This document shows, piece after piece, positions 53,566 through 64,000 of a stretch of DNA of 64,000 nucleotides (position 1 is the first letter of the stretch; each line of letters opens with the position of its first letter). The stretch lies in NCBI RefSeq assembly GCF_964204865.1, contig NC_135259.1:16802001-16866000 (forward strand), written 5' to 3'. This stretch comes from Styela clava. Lineage: Eukaryota. The position numbers and the translations under genes were made by a program. The notes under the pieces are model-generated. The model worked only from the letters and a program-made list of their open reading frames with translations, made no database searches and was not told where the DNA came from.

Positions 53566-55462
53566 TTATTCAAATTCCCTTTTGCAAAGAAAAGGATTGA
53601 AATTTGAACAAGGTGCATCATATCACCAACAATCTTCAAGTTATAGAATAATACTACGCATTTTTCGAATCTGTGCAATTTGGATCCATATTGCATCTGT
53701 CGATCCATGAACACCGATCAAACCCAAATTCCTTTGTGGCTTATGTTGTCCAAACCAATCCATGAAAAAGCTTCGGTCAAGTAAGGTTTCGGAAATATTT
53801 CGCTGGGTGAAAAAGAAAATATTACACATCGTGTTATTTTTTGCAGTGAAATTACCATATCAATTATTATTTATGGGTTAGTTTCCTATTGCGTTTAGAA
53901 ATACTAGTTTATAAGAACCGTCAACTGGCGATATCCAGAGAGGTTGATCATGGAGTCAAAATCGATTATCAAAAAATTCCCGTAATTGTTTCATATTATG
54001 TTAACTTCTCACATAATTCGTTTACTTTTTTACCTTGTTGTTACTCATTCTAGTTGATACCAAACGAGCTCCCGATCCTCCACATTGAGCTTTTGCAGTA
54101 GCGTGATTGACATGACAAAATCAGTGAAACGTTTGTAAATGAGATTATTGCTCGCTCTGAACCATCCGGCTATCGAAAACATTTTGTTCATACTCCAATT
54201 TTCGCGTGTTTTCATGTTGGCTCACTTTATTCCTCATACTTGAAGAAGCTGAAAGTTTATTCAAAAACATTAAACTAGGCAACTAATCACATTTTCGTAT
54301 CTAGAGACTTTTAATATAACTAACTTTGATTCTAAGTCGTCAAAGAAGTCAGGTGACCAGCCTACTTTATCAATTATATCGTTTTTAGATTTTATGTATG
54401 GTTTTTATTTTGATAAACTATGTCTAACCTGATAAAGCAAAGCTGATAAAACAAATACTCGATGCAAAGTTCAAATATCTAAAATATGCACATACTCTTT
54501 TATGTTTTCTTGCAAATTTTTGGGAGGAAGGAATTGAATTGCGTAGCTATTTTTTTTTTAATTTCTCGACTATCTATAAGTTTTAAATCAAATGTTAAAC
54601 TTCATTGACCTACCATGGAAATTTTAAATAACATACGTTTTTGAGTGTCGTTTCCCAGCTTTTGAAGTGCGATGCTTAGTTATTAACATATTATTAATAT
54701 AAATTACACGTTTGTGTTTCATTCGAAATCTTTGCGAAGGACAAATTGAACTGTGTTGTCTATTTTTCAAAAGTTCCCACTTGTTCTCAAATTAAGAAAA
54801 AAATAATTTATGCTGATACAATTCTGAATTCAATATATCTTACGTTTTTGAGTGTTGTTATATTGTATCAATATTTCACATAAACGGATTAGAACAAATT
54901 TAGAAAACAAAAAACTTTTTGTACAATATGCATAATTTCATTTAATTTTGCTATATAGAACATTAGACTTAGTTTAATTTCCTGTACTAACTAACTTGCA
55001 TAATCAGGATAAATGCAGCAATGGACAATAAGAAGCAGATTCCGAAAGATATCACCACAACAAACAATGTTTTCTTGTTCGTAGCTTTATTGATGTTTGT
55101 TAAAAGAAAACGTGGATAAAAGGCATTTCAAAAAAGAAATTTCATGATGTAAAAAAAATGATTCATATTTATTGTTCGTAAAAATAGGGGAATTAAATTT
55201 TGTTACGGCATTGGTGTAAAATAGATAATTTCATATGGAATATATGATATTCGCATTTTTGAAAGCCGGAGACGTTTCACCATGCCTGTTTACCCTTGTA
55301 TCCCATTTTTTAATTTCTATTGTTTTAGTATAAATTAGATTTTAAATTATTTAATCAAATAAAACACAAACCTTGTTTAGGAACCGCAGGTGGACCTGAA
55401 GCATTCTGAGGGATTTCATATGCATTTTCACTTTGACCATTTACATTACATTCCATCTCCAT
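53566..55462 (-). pseudogene. G11: lectin pseudogene
   Basis: Exon 1 55462-55372 (MEMECNVNGQSENAYEIPQ...). TM-exon acceptor lost; deletions in neck exons; frameshifting insertion in CTLD-A; stop (WV*) and deletions in CTLD-B 53802-53566. Confidence 0.82.
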
Positions 55463-56731
55463 GTTACTGCTTTATAAAATGATCTGCTTTCTACCTGAAC
55501 GAAGTATTGCTTCCGACAACCAATTTATAGAGGATTACAACATCTCATTAGAATTAGTCAGCTGTACACACAAGCATTAAGGAAAATAACCATAATAATG
55601 ACATTAAACAACATATACTTTTAGTTATATGGCCGTGCATGTGTCAAACTAACTGAAAACTTCATTTGGTTTGAATTATAGCTTAAGGTGCATTAATGAT
55701 TCTGTAAATTCATAAAAATCCGTCAAAGGTGGGATACGAAACAACTATTTTGCGGTAAGTCATTAAAACTAGTTGCCGAATATGTGACACATTACTTCCT
55801 TGATAATCTATACTTCCTTGATTTTTCAATTTATATTTCACTTTATAATATATTTACATTTAGATGTGTGCGGATTGACTATGTGACATACTTGATATAA
55901 ATATGCAGTAATAGAGAAGCCTCATGCATAACATGGAAAGCATCAGATAAATTTTGCTCAAGTAATTTATAACAAATCGAACGTGTAGAGGAGATCTATT
56001 GGTATAAATAGCAATAGATCCGAAGATGAATTTAATAAGATTGATAATCGTAAATACCGGAAAACGTTTAGATCAAAACGTTTGACGCATGATACCACGC
56101 ACAAAGAATGAAATTAGAAATATTCAATAATTGCATGCAGTGACCCAAACCTGACCGGTGGGATTGAACTGTGATTGACGTGTATTGAAGCAATTGAGGT
56201 TTGCATAACAAACACGTCACATTGTCAACCCACATACAGTCTTAAATATTGATTGAATAAAATAATCATAGAAAATATATGGTAAAAAATATTTGCTAAA
56301 CCGCTATGCATTCGTATTTGTAATTACGAAATTCATAAGGCATTGGGTGTTTTAAAACACGTATTTATATAAATATCAAGGAAATAAAATGTCACATATA
56401 CTGTCACTGGTTCTGTTCTTTTCTGAACCATCTTTGATGTTGTGTTATTTATCCAGAATTCACCTATTTGAGAATACATCTTGAGTTGAGTATAATTCAA
56501 AACAGATAATGTAGTATGACGTATGCAACTGTCACAAAACCGATGGTATGTTGTTTTGTGTCACTAGGGTTTTTCCACCCACTGATAATAATGAGATCGG
56601 AATTACGTTGATAATGAGTTCATTTGACGTGACATGTTAGCTGATTAATAAATGTTAGCCACTAATTCTCTATAAAACGATTATCGGTACCGAAACTTCA
56701 CATTTGAGAAGCATAGCATTTTATAAAGCGT
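55463..56731. promoter_or_regulatory. Conserved divergent (bidirectional) promoter block, shortest full example
   Basis: Homologous blocks lie between each head-to-head pair. Contains TATAAA at 56671 about 60 nt before the ATG, AAGGAAGTAATGTGTCAC on the minus strand at about 55784-55801, and several TGACGT half-sites. Confidence 0.6.
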
Positions 56732-58708
56732 ATGGAGATGGAATATTATGTAAATTGTCAAAGTGAAAATGAATATGAAACCCCTCAAACTGCTTCAGGG
56801 CCACCTGTGGTTTCTAAACAAGGTTTGTGTTTTATTTGATTTCCAAAAAATTTAATTTGTTAATTTACATTAGAAAAACTAGATATAGTATGTAAACACA
56901 AATGGGAACAGAGCATGTGCCCTGCTTCGCATATAAATCAATGAGATAACACTTTTATTCGGGTAAAAGCATCTGTTCTATTTAAGCACTATTTCCAGAC
57001 AGTGCGACCGTGCATTCAGGCTCCGTAGCTTGTCCCGACACATCCACTCGAATATTCATATTTTTTGTTCTTGTAATATTTGAGCAAAACTCTGAAAAAG
57101 TAGAATTTTGTCATACACGCCAATTATGACACGAGTAATATTCCATATAATCAATATACAAAATGTCTATTATTGACATTTTATATATTTATTTTTTCAT
57201 AGACAGCAATAAAGCTAAGAATAAGAAAACTTTGTTCGTTCTCGCGATATCTCTAGGAATCTGCTTATTAGGGTCTGTTGCTGCATTCATCCTGATAATA
57301 CAAGTTAGTATAATTATCGTGTATTTTTGATATTTATTCGATTATGGAATCAAATTATCTTCATGTACTACTTTATAAAACCAATTATTTATATGATACT
57401 ATTTGCTGATTGTTTTCCACTTTTGTCTTTCTCTATTTATCTGCAATGTTTAAATTTATTTTAAGCTTCAAAACGAGATGAATCTTATGAGGGAAAAACT
57501 GGACACATTAAAAGCGACACTCAAAAACGTAAGATAGACGTTTTTAATCAAATCATGTCATTTAATTACCGAAAGAAAAATTTTATTTTTTTTGTTAAAA
57601 TAATTGAATTAAAGGTTAGGAACTAAATTCCTATCTCGCGAAAATTAATGAAACACACACAAAAAAAGGTTTAAGTAAGCACTTTCAATAAATTGTATAA
57701 ACGACATCTAAAATCAAAATCTATCAATTCTAAATTACCACTTTCATATTTTATTTTAGTTTCAGAACAAATCAAAATAGTAGAAAAGCTAGCAACAAAA
57801 TTCAACTCATCCTGTACAAAGATTTTGAACAAAAATTAACTTTTTATTGTTAATGGCTCAAACTAAGATAATTCAAACAATGAGCCAATCCTGAATAAAG
57901 AAAATTTGGCATTGTAATCAATAAACGTTTTCCTAACAACATTAGAAATAAGAGTTGAAAAAATATTGCTGTCTATATTGCTTTTATCTTTTAAAAGTTT
58001 TTAAAAGTCAATCTTACATTTATTTTACAGAACACAGTTCTGAATAATACAAGTTCTAGGATGAACAAAATGTTTTCGATATCCGGATGGTTCAGAGCAA
58101 GTAATAACCTTATTTACAAACGTTTCACTGATTTTGTCAACTACGAAACTGCAAAGGATCAATGTGACGGAATGGGAGCTCGTTTGGTATCGACTGGAAT
58201 AAGGAACAACACACTTAAAAAGTATGTTAGTGGTGGCTTATATTACGAAACAACGTGAACTTTTAGTCATCGATTTTAGCTCGATGAATAAGTTGAGGAT
58301 TCATAGGCACTGTTTTTTCTAAACGGATCGTGATTTGAAAAAAACTAATCCATACATAATAATCGTTATGGTAATTTTACTTTAAAAATATCTCAAACTG
58401 TATAGTAATTTTCTTGCAGAAACCCTGAACTATTCATAATTATTTATATTGCTTTTAGTGAAATATTTCCGAAACATTACTTAACTGGAGTTAGTGCATG
58501 GATAGGATTGGACGACATCATCACTGAAGGAATTTGGGTTTGGTCGGATGGCGTAAATGAATCACCAAACTCTCTTTGGAATGCGGCAGAACCAAACGGC
58601 GGTAGAACTGAAAACTGCGTAGAAGTATTCAATAATTCGACTATTGTTGGCAATGATGCTCCGTGTACTCTTTTTCGTCGTTTTGTTTGCGAAAGGGAAT
58701 TTGATTAG
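56732..58708 (+). CDS. G12: type II TM C-type lectin receptor, short neck, about 231 aa, EPN/GND
   Basis: Exons 56732-56822 (MEMEYYVNCQSENEYETPQ...), 57203-57303, 57466-57528, 58031-58221 and 58459-58708; total 696 nt, open frame. Closest paralog of G2. Confidence 0.8.
56990..57055 (-). pseudogene. Internally deleted MOV10-like fragment in G12 intron 1
   Basis: Reverse complement GTGGATGTGTCGGGACAAGCTACGGAGCCTGAATGCACGGTCGCACTG = VDVSGQATEPECTVAL. Confidence 0.7.
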
Positions 58709-61393
58709 TGTTGATTTTCCGACTGAACTTACCTTCTATGAAACATTGCTTGATTTTAATTCGTAAATATCTTATGAAATTGCAATTTATTTTATGGTGG
58801 GTTTAAAGATGACAAAAAGTTTTAAGTTTTTAAGTTTTAAGTTCAAGTTTTTCTTTACTTTGAATATTTTATTTTATAGTATTTCCTCCAATTCACTATC
58901 TTCAACTAACGACTACACTGTAGTAGAGAATAAAATCATACTAAGTATTTTCTGTGTTTGTCCAGTAACACTGTATAGTCTGATTGGTAAAAAAAAACAC
59001 TATTACATAACAATGCTGTTTTAACCTTATCAGTGATCATAGACCAATCTATTTCAAACATTCTGATCAAATTTTCGTAAATTCAAAATAGTTGACTCTC
59101 TTATTTAATGGGAATTTTTTTTTTCTCCGTAGATTTAAAATTCTATTTTAAGTGCTTTTCTAATTTTACTTCAAAAAGTTAATGGTTCCACAATTAATAA
59201 ATAAATTTTATTGACATCGTCTTGATCCTGGTTTTCACAGAGACTCTAGTCTAGAATACTTTTTTGTCATAGATTTTCAACTTGTTTGTCATGGTGATAG
59301 TAGTATGGTAGACCAATTATGTATATTACGCGGCTTTTCGTTTAAATATCATTGCGTCAAAACGATGTTTTTCATTATTACTAGACATTGTTTCCGTGTC
59401 AGGAAAGGTTTAATAGTTGAAGAGAAATCATAGGATAATCAATCTTAAAACCTAACAAACGCAATCGCAGACCTTCTTTGCACAGTATTTCGAACAAAAA
59501 AAATAATAATAGAAAATAGTTGAATAGTGAGTGTTCACTAAAGAACTACTAACCTTTTGACAAGCAATTTGTGGAGGTGGCTTATACAAAAGCCCGACTG
59601 TGCTTTTTAACTTAATTTCTGTTGTCTTAAGTCTCAGAAAGGATATAGAAGAAAATATTTCACTGTTTACTACAATTTATATTGTTGTATGGTTATCGAC
59701 TAAATCCAAAATGCCAAGCATCAAGAATATTTGAACTAGCACACTTTTGATTCAAGCCCTAGATTTTAGCATTAATTTTATCTAATGTGCATTTGCAGTC
59801 AAGACATTTTTATCCACACATACATTTGGAACTGTGTAGATCCGAAACTATTTGCGTTTCATCTCTTCATATTTTTCATACTTGACTTGGGATATTTGTA
59901 CACATACTACAATTCTATAAATTGAAAAAAAAAATAAATAAAATAAATATAGCTCTAAAATGGCCTAGTTATAACATTTTTTTATGTACTGCTCAAAATA
60001 TGTCAATAATTGCGTTTTCCAACTTTACGGTTGATTGCCTTATATATATCTAATAAATAGTAAAGTCTTTCTGCAAAAACAGTGATTGTTATTGAGAAAA
60101 TCAACACATTGCTGCCCTGGCGCAATGATTGTCAAAATATCTTTTGATTAGCAAGATTAACGATTGTGTATGTCTCAGATACATTACACATCTTTAATAT
60201 AACTAGCACAAGAAAGCAATATATAATTTGAATCGTCTGTAATATCAATCAAGTATTATCAATCGTCGTGTGCATTGTTGGATTAGTACCTATCTAGCTG
60301 GTAGTCAGCTAAAACACACATCGTTTGTGAAGGAAATCTTTCATACAGAGTTGCATTGATGTAGAGGCTATAACTAGCAAAAGTCTTTGAAGTTTTTGTT
60401 CTGAGTTTTATAGGTTTCTTATGATAATTAAGTTCTCGTAATTAATCACAAATAGTAACTGTACAATCAATGTACAGCGGAAAACTTTTAATATTCATTA
60501 ATCGTCCTTTTCCAGCTATAACAATAGGAAATTACATCAATCAAACACATTTTTATGTGGATTCAATGCATCATCCAATGATTTCCTATCTTTATCAATA
60601 TCATAACTGTCCCAAATAACTCGCAATACCAAAATTCAATACATATGTTTTGACCAAGTACAAAATTTCAAATTTAAATGAAGAAAATAATTTAATAAAA
60701 AAGTCATCCTCCTTTCTAGAAATTTTACCTAATTAATTTGTTGAAAAAATTAGTGCTGTGTGCATTTAGAAGTTCAAAATGGAAATACCTGGATGAAAAA
60801 TATTTTATTAATGTGACTTCAGAATATATCATTAAAAGCAATTAAAAGCATTTAGTATCTAAACCAAGTTAAAAATGCATGTTTCAATTCAGATCAATGA
60901 ACGTTGTGATTATCTGAAGCATATTCTTATTTCAACCACAATGCGTTTTCCTATAAAAAAGTGAGAGCATAAAATTCTGTAATTTTATTTCAATTTTACT
61001 GGGTTAATATTTGTCTATATTGAAAGACTTTTTAAAATGTGAAAACATGTTTTCTGATTCAAAAACAAAAAAGGGTCATTTCACTTTGCTTTTGTACTAA
61101 ATAATCACATTTTTGATAAATGCTTTCAACATGCAATGAAGAATTTCGATTTTGAATATTAATACTGAAAATGACACAAGTAGCATACAATGATCACAGA
61201 ATTAAGAAGCATTGGACAATTATAACAATCATGAAATAAATGAAAAAATAACTCAGAAAAAGGAAAAGAAAATACACGTTTATTCTATTGCGTTTACTTA
61301 ATCTTAATCAGACAATAAGTCAGATTACAATATAAAACAATCATTAAAAAATAAAATCAAACAATATTATTGTGAAACAATTGTTTATAAACA

Positions 61394-63580
61394 TCATGCA
61401 AATTCCATCTCGCAAACAAATCGGTTGTTGTAGGAACATAACAGATCAGCAACGCCAATTTTTGAATTGAAAAATAGTATGGCTGCACAGTTTTTGCTTC
61501 TACCACCGTTGGGTTCTCCCGTTCCCCACATTGTGCTTGTCGAATCATTTGTTCCATCCGACCAAACCCAAATTTCTTCATTGCTGATATCGTCTAATCT
61601 TATCCATGCATAAGCTCCGGTTAGGAAATGTCCCGGAAATATTTCACTAAAAAGATGCAATATCATTAATTACTTACAATTAGAGCTTCATAGCTTCATA
61701 GTTTCGTTTGGTAAGTTTTATCATCGTGAAAGTTTAATTGCGGCTTGTCTCAAAATAGGCGTTCCATCATCTTGCAAAAACTAATCAGCGCTACCATCGC
61801 TACAAAAAAAGATTGTGAACAAATTTAAAATGATTTAGTGAGTACTTTTTAGTAGTTACATTTTGAGCTATTAATAATTTTTGAACTAATTCTTTAGTAT
61901 TCAAAGAAAACTATTTTTGTTTTGACACTACAATTATGGGTCTACAAAACAAACATTAAAAATAAATATTCTTCACGGAACTAACTAACTTACTTTTTGA
62001 CTTGGATGTTCCTAATTCTAGTCGATACTGAACGAGCTCCCATTCCTTCACATCGAGCCTTTGCAGTTGCTCAGTTGGCAGAATCAGTGAAACGTTTGTA
62101 AAAGAGATTATTGCTGGCTCCGAACCATCCGATAATGGAAAATAATTTGTCAATTTTCGAGTTTGCCTCAGTCAGGTTTTCTGTCTGTAAAGCAAACTAA
62201 GTTTGAAATTAACCTTAAATATTATGTGTTTTCATGTTACTGTATAACTAGATGCAACATGAACAACATTTTTTTTCACGATCATATATATACCTTTAGA
62301 ATTCGTGGTAAATTATAGATATGTAAATATATTTGATCCCTGTTGCTTAAACTCACCAATTTGTTGTTTTCGATGAATATTTTGGAGTCGAGTTGACTCA
62401 CTTCATTCTTCAATATTTTCAACTCATGTTTTATACTCGACGATGCTAAAAATTTATTTGAAAGCGTAAAATTTGGTGACTAATCATATTCTAGAAACCA
62501 ATCAGTAAGTTTTTTTACAGCGACTTTGAATATAAATTTCTTTGAGTCTAAAGCGCCAATCGTCAGAGGGGTCAAGTGACTAACTTTTCTCATCATTTAT
62601 ATGTGTTTTTAAATTTTAAGTTTTGTTTTTGCTTTGGTGAATCTCAAAAGAAATTCAAACTAACTCGCGTTTTTGAATTTTGTTTCTAAGATTTTTAAAT
62701 GCAATGCATAGGTATTAGCATATTAGTATTATAAACTTGCTTTTCTGTGAATCATTTGAAATCTTCGCGAGGGACGAACTGAACAGTATTGACAATTTTT
62801 CAAAAATTTCAACTTGTTCTAAAATTTAAAAATAGTATTTATGTTCATGTACAACTGGCACGATCCGACTGTGATCAATGTATCTTACGTTTTTGAGTGT
62901 CGTTTATAATGATGGACAGAGATGAATCAATCTCACCCATTTTTTCCACTTTTTCCCTCATATGATTCATCTCGTTCTGGAGCCCAAAATAAATTTGAAT
63001 ATTGAAGAAAAATTACAATGGTAGTTTTTGTATATAAATTTAATTATATCATTTAGTTCATTAAACTTCAATTAATTCACAGTTACAGAAAGATAAAACA
63101 CGGAATATCTGAACTAACTTGCATAATCAGAATAAATGCAGCAACAGACACTAAAAAGCAGATTCCCGAAGATACCGCGAAAGCGAACCAAGTTTTCTTG
63201 ATATCATGCTCATTGTACTCTATAAACTAGAATTATGTGGATAACGTATGTAATGAAAATTTCAAAAAAATAATTGGAAGGAATCAGAAAACATTGAATC
63301 CCGTCTCATTTGTTTTAAGTAATTTCACCTCGTTTTTCCATGACATTACTAAAATTTGTTGTTCACTATTGAAAGAAAGATGATAGTAAACTTTCCTCAT
63401 AAAAAAGTGTTCGTATTTGCGTTTCCTCGTTTTATCGTTTACTTGGTATTTCAATATTACAAATTACACTGGAAGTTATCAAATAAAACACTAACCTTGT
63501 TCAGAAATTGGATGTGGTCTCGAAGCAGCCTGAGCGGTTTCATATGCATTTTGCCTGTGATCATTTTCATAATATTCCAT
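61394..63580 (-). pseudogene. G13: complete lectin gene structure with a nonsense codon in CTLD-A
   Basis: Exons 63580-63496 (MEYYENDHRQNAYETAQ...), 63219-63119, 62982-62889, about 62817-62741 (GC donor), 62445-62357, 62184-61994 and 61646-61394. TGA replaces TAC at 62073-62071. Confidence 0.75.
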
Positions 63581-64000
63581 CTCTTTATGGACGTTTTGGG
63601 GAAGGTTTTGCTTCTAAAATGGCAAAATTTTGGTTTCATTTGGTTCCCATTTATAGAATATTAACAGCAACTGTGTGGAGGCTAACATACGAAAAGTTAT
63701 GTGAAATCACACTTATCATAATTGTATTATTATTATCATCAGTGGGTGTTGAAACCGTAATAAACAATATTTATTCCAGGAAATATATCCTTGCGTATAT
63801 CACGCTACCTTATTGGTTTAGATTTAAACCTTAAGGTGCGTCCAGATAATTAGGGCATCAAACTTGGGCTTCCGTTTTACAATAAGCCATACGAACTAAT
63901 GAAGGAATGGTATATTACTTCCTTTATGTTTAAATTGATACAAAGACATATCATAACTACAAATACGAATAGCATGAACTTTCAAAATTATATTTCCGTG

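Noticed and set aside
62071-62073. Selenocysteine or programmed readthrough at the G13 TGA
   Set aside because: The codon aligns to Tyr, not Cys, and no SECIS-like element was recognised.
1-64000. CRISPR arrays, tRNA or rRNA genes, prokaryotic operons; remaining 60-100 aa ORFs
   Set aside because: Spliceosomal intron-exon structure and no regular repeat-spacer pattern. Remaining ORFs are antisense or off-frame shadows of lectin exons or random AT-rich frames.

Overview
AT-rich eukaryotic (invertebrate animal) DNA; an ascidian origin is plausible but cannot be established from sequence alone. The window is almost entirely a tandem and inverted array of a multi-exon type II transmembrane C-type lectin receptor family. 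I reconstruct 13 copies (G1-G13) plus 4 single-exon relics by hand, using GT-AG boundaries and paralog alignment. Shared architecture: exon 1 is a short cytoplasmic tail with two Tyr motifs (Y-x-N and Y-E-T-P); exon 2 is the transmembrane helix; a variable number of helical neck exons follow; then a near-invariant 191-nt CTLD exon A and a hypervariable CTLD exon B (EPN/QPN/EPT). Seven copies have full open reading frames, G1 is cut by the window edge, and five are pseudogenes. Genes sit in head-to-head pairs around a conserved divergent intergenic block. Interspersed are a 5'-truncated LINE, a Penelope-like element with a hammerhead ribozyme, a palindromic two-hammerhead insertion, hAT elements and MITEs, a Helentron-like (HINE) element, and an antisense MOV10/UPF1-type helicase fragment in intron 1 of one gene lineage. 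All exon models are manual predictions without transcript support.
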